Origin: Nemertoderma westbladi
Taxonomy: Eukaryota > Animalia > Xenacoelomorpha
DNA length: 64,000 nucleotides
Direction: 5' to 3'
Assembly: GCA_032718475.1 (NCBI GenBank)
Contig: JAUCBJ010005892.1
Location: 7,562 to 71,561 of the forward strand
The translations under genes and the position numbers were made by a program. This document shows positions 22,708-37,100 of the stretch, in pieces (within the stretch, counting starts at the first letter, position 1; each line of letters starts with the position of its first letter). Below the pieces are notes generated by a model. The model saw nothing but the letters and a program-made list of their open reading frames with translations. It was not told the DNA's origin and searched no databases.

Positions 22708-24712
22708 ATTTAATTCAGCAAAGTTATAAAGCCATAGAGTAAAAACTAGAGCACAACCGTAAGGAATATGTAAGTACAGACATTAATAAATATGATAACT
22801 AAATATAATATAAATGGAGTAAGATACATACATACAAGGGGCCGTTATTTACAATAAATATTAAAAGACTCAAACAGGGCTGAAGAAGGACGGCAACAAA
22901 ACCATACAGCACCGATCAAAGAGTTAGATGATTTATTAATACGAAGGTAAAGACTGCTTAATGAGTTACGATGTATTTGCACCAAAGAACAGATATTTAA
23001 ATTAACAAGCATCTGGCTGGCGCTGGAAATTTCATCGGTTTCGGAGTTGTACAGTCGAATACCAAACAAGTTCCGCACGGCTCTATTTAAGGCAGCACAA
23101 ATCTTATTGAAATTTGAAATGGAATAAAAGCGCCGCGACCATAAAGCATTACAATAAATATTGGAGCAATAACTATTAAAAAGAACACATTTCACCTCAG
23201 TGGAGCAATTACTAAATTTCCTAATAAGCATATTTGCACGTCCGTAAAATTTTCTTAGCTGAGCCAAAATATCGGCGTCGTCCGAGAAGTCTGACATCAA
23301 GATATGGCCCAGATAGGAAAACGAGTCAACCCTTTCGAGTGGCTTGCCATATAATGAAATAGTAGGACGTGTAGAAAAGGCCGCAGCTTACTGTAGATAA
23401 ACATGCACTTTAATTTTTTCGTGTTAAAAATCATATTATTGCGAGAAGCAAAATTACTGCAAATATCGACCAAAAATTGCAACGCACAAGGATTTGATGC
23501 AATAAGACATATATCGTCAGCATAGAAAGTGTGGTTCAGACAGACATCAAGGAGGGCACAGCCAATATTAGAACCGGACAGTTCTAAGCTGAGAGTGTCG
23601 ATAAAAATGTTAAAAAAGCGAGGCGACAAAATGCTTCCTTGTCTTACCCCATTACAGCAATAAAATTTATCGGACGTACAACCATTCCAGAAAACTTGCA
23701 TAGATTGGTTGGCATACCAGAAAATAATTATGCGTAAAATAAATAACGGAATTTTACGTTCGAAAAGGCGTCTAAAAAGAAGACCATGATCTACTTTGTC
23801 GAACGCTTTGGAGGCGTCGAGAAAGCAGAGAAAAATATTAGAGCCATGCAACAAGTAGAAATTAATTAATTCCTTTAATGTATAAATACATGTTTCGGTT
23901 CCTACTGAGTCCTTGAAACCAAATTGGTTGTCAGAGGTACAGAGAAGGTGGTCAATGCGAGATAATATTAAAAATTCGTACAATTTACTTAAAACATTGG
24001 CGGTCGCGATGGGCCTATAATTAGACTTGTCTGTGATGTCACCGGATTTATCCTTAACAATGGGCAGGATATTCGATGACAGCAAGGACAAAGGGATAAA
24101 ACCATGAATATTACAGGTGCTAAAAAACAAAGATAAACAAATTAACAAACGATTACTGGCATATATGATGTGCTCCGCAACTAGCCCATCGGGGCCGGAT
24201 GACTTATTGCACTTTAGGTGAGCGAGACCGAGCCTCAATTCATCAATAGAAAATATCATATCTTTTGTGTAAGCAATATCCTTTAAAAAACCCTTGATAT
24301 CGTCGTGTTGGGTGGGAGGAATCGAGTTGAACACACTACTGAAGTGATCGCCCCACGAGTTGGCGATATTCTGGGGACCGGATACATCATCGATTACAGG
24401 CGAGGGAGGAGCGGAGGAGGAGTTTTCCTTTCGAATGTTTTGCCAAAACTTAAAACAGACTTTATCCATAAGCGAATGAGCTAACTTGTCCGCGCGTAGC
24501 GTCGCTGCATTACGTTTGACTGCTCGTAAACGCCGTTTGAACTGAGAACGTGTGGAGCACATCTGGCGGAACACGGGACCTTCTCGAGGACTGCCCATTG
24601 AGCGCCAGTAGAGAAAACAAGAACGAGATGTTTTCGAATCTGACTCTGAATTTGCGCTGCATGTCTACGTTGGTTCATATGTTTGGGATTACGTCTTTCC
24701 CCAGCATAATCC
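22674..24712 (-). mobile_element. 5'-truncated non-LTR retrotransposon (RT domain, clade uncertain, RTE-X/L2-group-like) with poly(A) tail
   Basis: ORF 23297..24598 has NYRPIA, QFGFK, FLDASKAFDKV, GVRQGSILSP and FYADD. ORF 22845..23300 is the frameshifted C-terminus. The T-run at 22674-22703 is the poly(A) tail. Confidence 0.92.
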
Positions 24713-25199
24713 TGTCACTACTATATAATAATAGTAATTCATAATATAATATATATATATATAATATATAATAATGGTAATTTATTGCATCAGTGGTATC
24801 TTTCAATTTATTGAGCACCACTAAAGCGGGGTTTACATTAACGCACACAGCTTGGTGGGTCGTCGTCGGTGCATAGAAGCACCAAGCTTGATGCGCACGA
24901 ACTATATAACACTTCCCTATTCACATTAAGTCACCATGGTCGGCGAATTTGAAATCAGTTTCTGCAAATTTTATAATATTTGCAGTACATATAATAATAT
25001 ATTAATATTATACAATAAAACTGTATATAAATATTGATTATACTGTATATATAATACTAATAATGTAATAATGTATAATACTAATACTAATATAATACCG
25101 GTACTGTATAATATATGTATTATGTCGACTAGACGGCGCATACTTATCGCCGCTGCTGGCTGGCATAGCATGCCTGGCCGCACGTGAAGCCCATCAAGC

Positions 25200-28100
25200 A
25201 TCAAAGCGGCGTTGTTTGGTGGAACCAGAGACTATTCATAGTGAATCAAAGCGGCGTTGGTTGGTGAAACCAGAGACTATTCATAGTGAATCAAAGCGGC
25301 GTTGGTTGGTGAAACCACAGACTATTCATAGTGAATCAAAGCGGCGTTAATTGGTGAAACCAGAGACTATTCATAGTGAATCAAAGCGGCGTTGGTTGCT
25401 GAAACCAGAGACTATTCATAGTGAATCAAAGCGGCGTTGGTTGCTGAAACCAGAGACTATTCATAGTGAATCAAAGCGGCGTTGGTTGCTGAAACCAGAG
25501 ACTATTCATAGTGAATCAAAGCGGCGTTGGTTGGTGAAACCAGAGACTATTCATAGTGAATCAAAGCGGCGTTGGTACGTGAAACCAGAGACTATTCATA
25601 GTGAATCAAAGCGGCGTTGGTTGCTGAAACCAGAGACTATTCATAGTGAATCAAAGCGGCGTTGGTTGCTGAAACCAGAGACTATTCATAGTGAATCAAA
25701 GCGGTGTTAATTGGTGAAACCAGAGACTATTCATAGTGAATCAAAGCGGCGTTGGTTGCTGAAACCAGAGACTATTCATAGTGAATCAAAGCGGCGTTGG
25801 TTGCTGAAACCAGAGACTATTCATAGTGAATCAAAGCGGCGTTGGTTGGTGAAACCAGAGACTATTCATAGTGAATCAAAGCGGCGTTGGTTGCTGAAAC
25901 CAGAGACTATTCATAGTGAATCAAAGCGGCGTTGGTTGGTGAAACCAGAGACTATTCATAGTGAATCAAAGCGGCGTTGGTTGCTGAAACCAGAGACTAT
26001 TCATAGTGAATCAAAGCGGCGTTGGTTGGTGAAACCAGAGACTATTCATGGTGAATCAAAGCGGCGTAGGTTGCTGAAACCAGAGACTATTCATAGTGAA
26101 TCAAAGCGGCGTTGGTTGGTGAAACCAGAGACTATTCATAGTGAATCAAAGCGGCGTTGGTTGCTGAAACCAGAGACTATTCATAGTGAATCAAAGCGGT
26201 GTTAATTGGTGAAACCAGAGACTATTCATAGTGAATCAAAGCGGCGTTGGTTGGTGAAACCAGAGACTATTCATAGTGAATCAAAGCGGCGTTGGTATGT
26301 GAAACCAGAGACTATTCATAGTGAATCAAAGCGGCGTTGGTTGGTGAAACCAGAGACTATTCATAGTGAATCAAAGCGGCGTTGGTTGCTGAAACCAGAG
26401 ACTATTCATAGTGAATCAAAGCGGCGTTGGTTGCTGAAACCAGAGACTATTCATAGTGAATCAAAGCGGCGTTGGTTGCTGAAACCAGAGACTATTCATA
26501 GTGAATCAAAGCGGCGTTGGTTGGTGAAACCAGAGACTATTCATAGTGAATCAAAGCGGCGTTGTTTGGTGAAACCAGAGACTATTCATAGTGAATCAAA
26601 GCGGCGTTGGTTGGTGAAACCAGAGACTATTCATAGTGAATCAAAGCGGCGTTGTTTGGTGAAACCAGAGACTATTCATAGTGAATCAAAGCGGCGTTGG
26701 TTGGTGAAACCAGAGACTATTCATAGTGAATCAAAGCGGCGTTGGTTGGTGAAACCAGAGACTATTCATAGTGAATCAAAGCGGCGTTGGTTGCTGAAAC
26801 CAGAGACTATTCATAGTGAATCAAAGCGGCGTTGGTTGCTGAAACCAGAGACTATTCATAGTGAATCAAAGCGGCGTTGGTTGCTGAAACCAGAGACTAT
26901 TCATAGTGAATCAAAGCGGCGTTGGTTGCTGAAACCAGAGACTATTCATAGTGAATCAAAGCGGCGTTGGTTGCTGAAACCAGAGACTATTCATAGTGAA
27001 TCAAAGCGGCGTTGGTTGGTGAAACCAGAGACTATTCATAGTGAATCAAAGCGGCGTTGGTTGGTGAAACCAGAGACTATTCATAGTGAATCAAAGCGGC
27101 GTTGGTTGGTGAAACCAGAGACTATTCATAGTGAATCAAAGCGGCGTTAATTGGTGAAACCAGAGACTATTCATAGTGAATCAAAGCGGCGTTGGTTGGT
27201 GAAACCAGAGACTATTCATAGTGAATCAAAGCGGCGTTGGTTGGTGAAACCAGAGACTATTCATAGTGAATCAAAGCGGCGTAGGTTGCTGAAACCAGAG
27301 ACTATTCATAGTGAATCAAAGCGGCGTTGGTTGGTGAAACCAGAGACTATTCATAGTGAATCAAAGCGGCGTTGGTTGGTGAAACCAGAGACTATTCATA
27401 GTGAATCAAAGCGGCGTTGGTTGGTGAAACCAGAGACTATTCATAGTGAATCAAAGCGGCGTTGGTTGGTGAAACCAGAGACTATTCATAGTGAATCAAA
27501 GCGGCGTTGGTATGTGAAACCAGAGACTATTCATAGTGAATCAAAGCGGCGTTGGTTGGTGAAACCAGAGACTATCCATAGTGAATCAAAGCGTCGTTGG
27601 TTGGTGAAACCAGAGACTATTCATAGTGAATCAAAGCGGCGTTGGTTGGTGAAACCAGAGACTATCCATAGTGAATCAAAGCGTCGTTGGTTGGTGAAAC
27701 CAGAGACTATTCATAGTGAATCAAAGCGGCGTTAATTGGTGAAACCAGAGACTATTCATAGTGAATCAAAGCGGCGTTGGTTGCTGAAACCAGAGACTAT
27801 TCATAGTGAATCAAAGCGGCGTTGGTTGCTGAAACCAGAGACTTTTCATAGTGAATCAAAGCGCCGTTGGTTGGTGAAACCAGAGACTATTCATAGTGAA
27901 TCAAAGCGGTGTTGGTTGGTGAAACCAGAGACTATCCATAGTGAATCAAAGCGTCGTTGGTTGGTGAAACCAGAGACTATTCATAGTGAATCAAAGCGGC
28001 GTTAATTGGTGAAACCAGAGACTATTCATAGTGAATCAAAGCGGCGTTGGTTGGTGAAACCAGAGACTATCCATAGTGAATCAAAGCGTCGTTGGTTGGT

Positions 28101-31100
28101 GAAACCAGAGACTATTCATAGTGAATCAAAGCGGCGTTAATTGGTGAAACCAGAGACTATTCATAGTGAATCAAAGCGGCGTTGGTTGCTGAAACCAGAG
28201 ACTATTCATAGTGAATCAAAGCGGCGTTGGTTGCTGAAACCAGAGACTTTTCATAGTGAATCAAAGCGCCGTTGGTTGGTGAAACCAGAGACTATTCATA
28301 GTGAATCAAAGCGGTGTTGGTTGGTGAAACCAGAGACTATTCATAGTGAATCAAAGCGGCGTTGGTTGCTGAAACCAGAGACTATTCATAGTGAATCAAA
28401 GCGGCGTTGGTTGCTGAAACCAGAGACTATTCATAGTGAATCAAAGCGGCGTTGGTTGCTGAAACCAGAGACTTTTCATAGTGAATCAAAGCGCCGTTGG
28501 TTGGTGAAACCAGAGACTATTCATAGTGAATCAAAGCGGTGTTGGTTGGTGAAACCAGAGACTATCCATAGTGAATCAAAGCGTCGTTGGTTGGTGAAAC
28601 CAGAGACTATTCATAGTGAATCAAAGCGGCGTTAATTGGTGAAACCAGAGACTATTCATAGTGAATCAAAGCGGCGTTGGTTGCTGAAACCAGAGACTTT
28701 TCATAGTGAATCAAAGCGCCGTTGGTTGGTGAAACCAGAGACTATTCATAGTGAATCAAAGCGGTGTTGGTTGGTGAAACCAGAGACTATTCATAGTGAA
28801 TCAAAGCGGCGTTGGTTGCTGAAACCAGAGACTATTCATAGTGAATCAAAGCGGCGTTGGTTGCTGAAACCAGAGACTATTCATAGTGAATCAAAGCGGC
28901 GTTGGTTGCTGAAACCAGAGACTTTTCATAGTGAATCAAAGCGCCGTTGGTTGGTGAAACCAGAGACTATTCATAGTGAATCAAAGCGGTGTTGGTTGGT
29001 GAAACCAGAGACTATCCATAGTGAATCAAAGCGTCGTTGGTTGGTGAAACCAGAGACTATTCATAGTGAATCAAAGCGGCGTTAATTGGTGAAACCAGAG
29101 ACTATTCATAGTGAATCAAAGCGGCGTTGGTTGGTGAAACCAGAGACTATCCATAGTGAATCAAAGCGTCGTTGGTTGGTGAAACCAGAGACTATTCATA
29201 GTGAATCAAAGCGGCGTTAATTGGTGAAACCAGAGACTATTCATAGTGAATCAAAGCGGCGTTGGTTGCTGAAACCAGAGACTATTCATAGTGAATCAAA
29301 GCGGCGTTGGTTGCTGAAACCAGAGACTTTTCATAGTGAATCAAAGCGCCGTTGGTTGGTGAAACCAGAGACTATTCATAGTGAATCAAAGCGGTGTTGG
29401 TTGGTGAAACCAGAGACTATTCATAGTGAATCAAAGCGGCGTTGGTTGCTGAAACCAGAGACTATTCATAGTGAATCAAAGCGGCGTTGGTTGCTGAAAC
29501 CAGAGACTATTCATAGTGAATCAAAGCGGCGTTGGTTGCTGAAACCAGAGACTATTCATAGTGAATCAAAGCGGCGTTGGTTGGTGAAACCAGAGACTAT
29601 TCATAGTGAATCAAAGCGGCGTTGGTTGGTGAAACCAGAGACTATTCATAGTGAATCAAAGCGGCGTAGGTTGCTGAAACCAGAGACTATTCATAGTGAA
29701 TCAAAGCGGCGTTGTTTGGTGAAACCAGAGACTATTCATAGTGAATCAAAGCGGCGTTGGTTGGTGAAACCAGAGACTATTCATAGTGAATCAAAGCGGC
29801 GTTGGTTGGTGAAACCAGAGACTATTCATAGTGAATCAAAGCGGCGTTGGTATGTGAAACCAGAGACTATTCATAGTGAATCAAAGCGGCGTTGGTTGGT
29901 GAAACCAGAGAATATCCATAGTGAATCAAAGCGTCGTTGGTTGGTGAAACCAGAGACTATTCATAGTGAATCAAAGCGGCGTTAATTGGTGAAACCAGAG
30001 ACTATTCATAGTGAATCAAAGCGGCGTTGGTTGGTGAAACCAGAGACTATCCATAGTGAATCAAAGCGTCGTTGGTTGGTGAAACCAGAGACTATTCATA
30101 GTGAATCAAAGCGGCGTTAATTGGTGAAACCAGAGACTATTCATAGTGAATCAAAGCGGCGTTGGTTGCTGAAACCAGAGACTATTCATAGTGAATCAAA
30201 GCGGCGTTGGTTGCTGAAACCAGAGACTTTTCATAGTGAATCAAAGCGCCGTTGGTTGGTGAAACCAGAGACTATTCATAGTGAATCAAAGCGGTGTTGG
30301 TTGGTGAAACCAGAGACTATTCATAGTGAATCAAAGCGGCGTTGGTTGCTGAAACCAGAGACTATTCATAGTGAATCAAAGCGGCGTTGGTTGGTGAAAC
30401 CAGAGACTATTCATGGTGAATCAAAGCGGCGTTGGTTGGTGAAACCAGAGACTATTCATAGTGAATCAAAGCGGCGTTGGTTGCTGAAACCAGAGACTAT
30501 TCATAGTGAATCAAAGCGGCGTTGGTTGGTGAAACCAGAGACTATTCATGGTGAATCAAAGCGGCGTTGGTTGGTGAAACCAGAGACTATTCATAGTGAA
30601 TCAAAGCGGCGTTAATTGGTGAAACCAGAGACTATTCATAGTGAATCAAAGCGGCGTTAATTGGTGAAACCAGAGACTATTCATAGTGAATCAAAGCGGC
30701 GTTGGTTGGTGAAACCAGAGACTATTCATAGTGAATCAAAGCGGCGTTAATTGGTGAAACCAGAGACTATTCATAGTGAATCAAAGCGGCGTTAATTGGT
30801 GAAACCAGAGACTATTCATAGTGAATCAAAGCGGCGTTGGTTGGTGAAACCAGAGACTATTCATAGTGAATCAAAGCGGCGTTGGTTGGTGAAACCAGAG
30901 ACTATTCATAGTGAATCAAAGCGGCGTTGGTTGCTGAAACCAGAGACTATTCATAGTGAATCAAAGCGGCGTTGGTTGGTGAAACCAGAGACTATTCATA
31001 GTGAATCAAAGCGGCGTTGGTTGCTGAAACCAGAGACTATTCATAGTGAATCAAAGCAGCGTTGGTTGCTGAAACCAGAGACTATTCATAGTGAATCAAA

Positions 31101-34100
31101 GCGGCGTTAATTGGTGAAACCAGAGACTATTCATAGTGAATCAAAGCGGCGTTGGTTGGTGAAACCAGAGACTATTCATAGTGAATCAAAGCGGCGTTAA
31201 TTGGTGAAACCAGAGACTATTCATAGTGAATCAAAGCGGCGTTAATTGGTGAAACCAGAGACTATTCATAGTGAATCAAAGCGGCGTTGGTTGGTGAAAC
31301 CAGAGACTATTCATAGTGAATCAAAGCGGCGTTAATTGGTGAAACCAGAGACTATTCATAGTGAATCAAAGCGGCGTTAATTGGTGAAACCAGAGACTAT
31401 TCATAGTGAATCAAAGCGGCGTTGGTTGGTGAAACCAGAGACTATTCATAGTGAATCAAAGCGGCGTTGGTTGGTGAAACCAGAGACTATTCATAGTGAA
31501 TCAAAGCGGCGTTGGTTGCTGAAACCAGAGACTATTCATAGTGAATCAAAGCGGCGTTGGTTGCTGAAACCAGAGACTATTCATAGTGAATCAAAGCGGC
31601 GTTGGTTGGTGAAACCAGAGACTATTCATAGTGAATCAAAGCGGCGTTGGTTGCTGAAACCAGAGACTATTCATAGTGAATCAAAGCAGCGTTGGTTGCT
31701 GAAACCAGAGACTATTCATAGTGAATCAAAGCGGCGTTAATTGGTGAAACCAGAGACTATTCATAGTGAATCAAAGCGGCGTTGGTTGGTGAAACCAGAG
31801 ACTATTCATAGTGAATCAAAGCGGCGTTAATTGGTGAAACCAGAGACTATTCATAGTGAATCAAAGCGGCGTTAATTGGTGAAACCAGAGACTATTCATA
31901 GTGAATCAAAGCGGCGTTGGTTGGTGAAACCAGAGACTATTCATAGTGAATCAAAGCGGCGTTAATTGGTGAAACCAGAGACTATTCATAGTGAATCAAA
32001 GCGGCGTTAATTGGTGAAACCAGAGACTATTCATAGTGAATCAAAGCGGCGTTGGTTGGTGAAACCAGAGACTATTCATAGTGAATCAAAGCGGCGTTGG
32101 TTGGTGAAACCAGAGACTATTCATAGTGAATCAAAGCGGCGTTGGTTGCTGAAACCAGAGACTATTCATAGTGAATCAAAGCGGCGTTGGTTGGTGAAAC
32201 CAGAGACTATTCATAGTGAATCAAAGCGGCGTTGGTTGCTGAAACCAGAGACTATTCATAGTGAATCAAAGCGGCGTTGGTTGCTGAAACCAGAGACTAT
32301 TCATAGTGAATCAAAGCGGCGTTAATTGGTGAAACCAGAGACTATTCATAGTGAATCAAAGCGGCGTAGGTTGGTGAAACCAGAGACTATTCATAGTGAA
32401 TCAAAGCGGCGTTGGTTGGTGAAACCAGAGACTATTCATAGTGAATCAAAGCGGCGTTGGTTGGTGAAACCAGAGACTATTCATAGTGAATCAAAGCGGC
32501 GTTGGTTGCTGAAACCAGAGACTATTCATAGTGAATCAAAGCGGCGTTGGTTGGTGAAACCAGAGACTATTCATAGTGAATCAAAGCGGCGTTGGTTGGT
32601 GAAACCAGAGACTATTCATAGTGAATCAAAGCGGCGTTGGTTGGTGAAACCAGAGACTATTCATAGTGAATCAAAGCGGCGTTAATTGGTGAAACCAGAG
32701 ACTATTCATAGTGAATCAAAGCGGCGTTGGTTGGTGAAACCAGAGACTATTCATAGTGAATCAAAGCGGCGTTGGTTGGTGAAACCAGAGACTATTCATA
32801 GTGAATCAAAGCGGCGTTGGTTGGTGAAACCAGAGACTATTCATAGTGAATCAAAGCGGCGTTGGTTGCTGAAACCAGAGACTATTCATAGTGAATCAAA
32901 GCGGCGTTAATTGGTGAAACCAGAGACTATTCATAGTGAATCAAAGCGGCGTTAATTGGTGAAACCAGAGACTATTCATAGTGAATCAAAGCGGCGTTGG
33001 TTGGTGAAACCAGAGACTATTCATAGTGAATCAAAGCGGCGTTAATTGGTGAAACCAGAGACTATTCATAGTGAATCAAAGCGGCGTTAATTGGTGAAAC
33101 CAGAGACTATTCATAGTGAATCAAAGCGGCGTTAATTGGTGAAACCAGAGACTATTCATAGTGAATCAAAGCGGCGTTGGTTGGTGAAACCAGAGACTAT
33201 TCATAGTGAATCAAAGCGGCGTTGGTTGGTGAAACCAGAGACTATTCATAGTGAATCAAAGCGGCGTTAATTGGTGAAACCAGAGACTATTCATAGTGAA
33301 TCAAAGCGGCGTTGGTTGGTGAAACCAGAGACTATTCATAGTGAATCAAAGCGGCGTTGGTTGGTGAAACCAGAGACTATTCATAGTGAATCAAAGCGGC
33401 GTTGGTTGGTGAAACCAGAGACTATTCATAGTGAATCAAAGCGGCGTTAATTGGTGAAACCAGAGACTATTCATAGTGAATCAAAGCGGCGTTGGTTGGT
33501 GAAACCAGAGACTATTCATAGTGAATCAAAGCGGCGTTAATTGGTGAAACCAGAGACTATTCATAGTGAATCAAAGCGGCGTTAATTGGTGAAACCAGAG
33601 ACTATTCATAGTGAATCAAAGCGGCGTTGGTTGGTGAAACCAGAGACTATTCATAGTGAATCAAAGCGGCGTTGGTTGGTGAAACCAGAGACTATTCATA
33701 GTGAATCAAAGCGGCGTTGGTTGGTGAAACCAGAGACTATTCATAGTGAATCAAAGCGGCGTTGGTTGGTGAAACCAGAGACTATTCATAGTGAATCAAA
33801 GCGGCGTTAATTGGTGAAACCAGAGACTATTCATAGTGAATCAAAGCGGCGTTAATTGGTGAAACCAGAGACTATTCATAGTGAATCAAAGCGGCGTTGG
33901 TTGGTGAAACCAGAGACTATTCATAGTGAATCAAAGCGGCGTTGGTTGGTGAAACCAGAGACTATTCATAGTGAATCAAAGCGGCGTTGGTTGGTGAAAC
34001 CAGAGACTATTCATAGTGAATCAAAGCGGCGTTGGTTGGTGAAACCAGAGACTATTCATAGTGAATCAAAGCGGCGTTAATTGGTGAAACCAGAGACTAT

Positions 34101-37100
34101 TCATAGTGAATCAAAGCGGCGTTGGTTGGTGAAACCAGAGACTATTCATAGTGAATCAAAGCGGCGTTAATTGGTGAAACCAGAGACTATTCATAGTGAA
34201 TCAAAGCGGCGTTGGTTGGTGAAACCAGAGACTATTCATAGTGAATCAAAGCGGCGTTAATTGGTGAAACCAGAGACTATTCATAGTGAATCAAAGCGGC
34301 GTTGGTTGGTGAAACCAGAGACTATTCATAGTGAATCAAAGCGGCGTTAATTGGTGAAACCAGAGACTATTCATAGTGAATCAAAGCGGCGTTGGTTGGT
34401 GAAACCAGAGACTATTCATAGTGAATCAAAGCGGCGTTGGTTGGTGAAACCAGAGACTATTCATAGTGAATCAAAGCGGCGTTAATTGGTGAAACCAGAG
34501 ACTATTCATAGTGAATCAAAGCGGCGTTGGTTGGTGAAACCAGAGACTATTCATAGTGAATCAAAGCGGCGTTGGTTGGTGAAACCAGAGACTATTCATA
34601 GTGAATCAAAGCGGCGTTAATTGGTGAAACCAGAGACTATTCATAGTGAATCAAAGCGGCGTTGGTTGGTGAAACCAGAGACTATTCATAGTGAATCAAA
34701 GCGGCGTTGGTTGGTGAAACCAGAGACTATTCATAGTGAATCAAAGCGGCGTTAATTGGTGAAACCAGAGACTATTCATAGTGAATCAAAGCGGCGTTGG
34801 TTGGTGAAACCAGAGACTATTCATAGTGAATCAAAGCGGCGTTAATTGGTGAAACCAGAGACTATTCATAGTGAATCAAAGCGGCGTTGGTTGGTGAAAC
34901 CAGAGACTATTCATAGTGAATCAAAGCGGCGTTGGTTGGTGAAACCAGAGACTATTCATAGTGAATCAAAGCGGCGTTAATTGGTGAAACCAGAGACTAT
35001 TCATAGTGAATCAAAGCGGCGTTGGTTGGTGAAACCAGAGACTATTCATAGTGAATCAAAGCGGCGTTGGTTGGTGAAACCAGAGACTATTCATAGTGAA
35101 TCAAAGCGGCGTTAATTGGTGAAACCAGAGACTATTCATAGTGAATCAAAGCGGCGTTGGTTGGTGAAACCAGAGACTATTCATAGTGAATCAAAGCGGC
35201 GTTGGTTGGTGAAACCAGAGACTATTCATAGTGAATCAAAGCGGCGTTAATTGGTGAAACCAGAGACTATTCATAGTGAATCAAAGCGGCGTTGGTTGGT
35301 GAAACCAGAGACTATTCATAGTGAATCAAAGCGGCGTTAATTGGTGAAACCAGAGACTATTCATAGTGAATCAAAGCGGCGTTGGTTGGTGAAACCAGAG
35401 ACTATTCATAGTGAATCAAAGCGGCGTTGGTTGCTGAAACCAGAGACTATTCATAGTGAATCAAAGCGGCGTTAATTGGTGAAACCAGAGACTATTCATA
35501 GTGAATCAAAGCGGCGTTAATTGGTGAAACCAGAGACTATTCATAGTGAATCAAAGCGGCGTTAATTGGTGAAACCAGAGACTATTCATAGTGAATCAAA
35601 GCGGCGTTAATTGGTGAAACCAGAGACTATTCATAGTGAATCAAAGCGGCGTTAATTGGTGAAACCAGAGACTATTCATAGTGAATCAAAGCGGCGTTAA
35701 TTGGTGAAACCAGAGACTATTCATAGTGAATCAAAGCGGCGTTAATTGGTGAAACCAGAGACTATTCATAGTGAATCAAAGCGGCGTTAATTGGTGAAAC
35801 CAGAGACTATTCATAGTGAATCAAAGCGGCGTTGGTTGGTGAAACCAGAGACTATTCATAGTGAATCAAAGCGGCGTTAATTGGTGAAACCAGAGACTAT
35901 TCATAGTGAATCAAAGCGGCGTTAATTGGTGAAACCAGAGACTATTCATAGTGAATCAAAGCGGCGTTAATTGGTGAAACCAGAGACTATTCATAGTGAA
36001 TCAAAGCGGCGTTGGTTGGTGAAACCAGAGACTATTCATAGTGAATCAAAGCGGCGTTAATTGGTGAAACCAGAGACTATTCATAGTGAATCAAAGCGGC
36101 GTTGGTTGGTGAAACCAGAGACTATTCATAGTGAATCAAAGCGGCGTTAATTGGTGAAACCAGAGACTATTCATAGTGAATCAAAGCGGCGTTAATTGGT
36201 GAAACCAGAGACTATTCATAGTGAATCAAAGCGGCGTTAATTGGTGAAACCAGAGACTATTCATAGTGAATCAAAGCGGCGTTAATTGGTGAAACCAGAG
36301 ACTATTCATAGTGAATCAAAGCGGCGTTAATTGGTGAAACCAGAGACTATTCATAGTGAATCAAAGCGGCGTTGGTTGGTGAAACCAGAGACTATTCATA
36401 GTGAATCAAAGCGGCGTTGGTTGGTGAAACCAGAGACTATTCATAGTGAATCAAAGCGGCGTTAATTGGTGAAACCAGAGACTATTCATAGTGAATCAAA
36501 GCGGCGTTAATTGGTGAAACCAGAGACTATTCATAGTGAATCAAAGCGGCGTTAATTGGTGAAACCAGAGACTATTCATAGTGAATCAAAGCGGCGTTAA
36601 TTGGTGAAACCAGAGACTATTCATAGTGAATCAAAGCGGCGTTGGTTGGTGAAACCAGAGACTATTCATAGTGAATCAAAGCGGCGTTGGTTGGTGAAAC
36701 CAGAGACTATTCATAGTGAATCAAAGCGGCGTTAATTGGTGAAACCAGAGACTATTCATAGTGAATCAAAGCGGCGTTGGTTGGTGAAACCAGAGACTAT
36801 TCATAGTGAATCAAAGCGGCGTTAATTGGTGAAACCAGAGACTATTCATAGTGAATCAAAGCGGCGTTGGTTGGTGAAACCAGAGACTATTCATAGTGAA
36901 TCAAAGCGGCGTTGGTTGGTGAAACCAGAGACTATTCATAGTGAATCAAAGCGGCGTTGGTTGGTGAAACCAGAGACTATTCATAGTGAATCAAAGCGGC
37001 GTTGGTTGGTGAAACCAGAGACTATTCATAGTGAATCAAAGCGGCGTTAATTGGTGAAACCAGAGACTATTCATAGTGAATCAAAGCGGCGTTAATTGGT

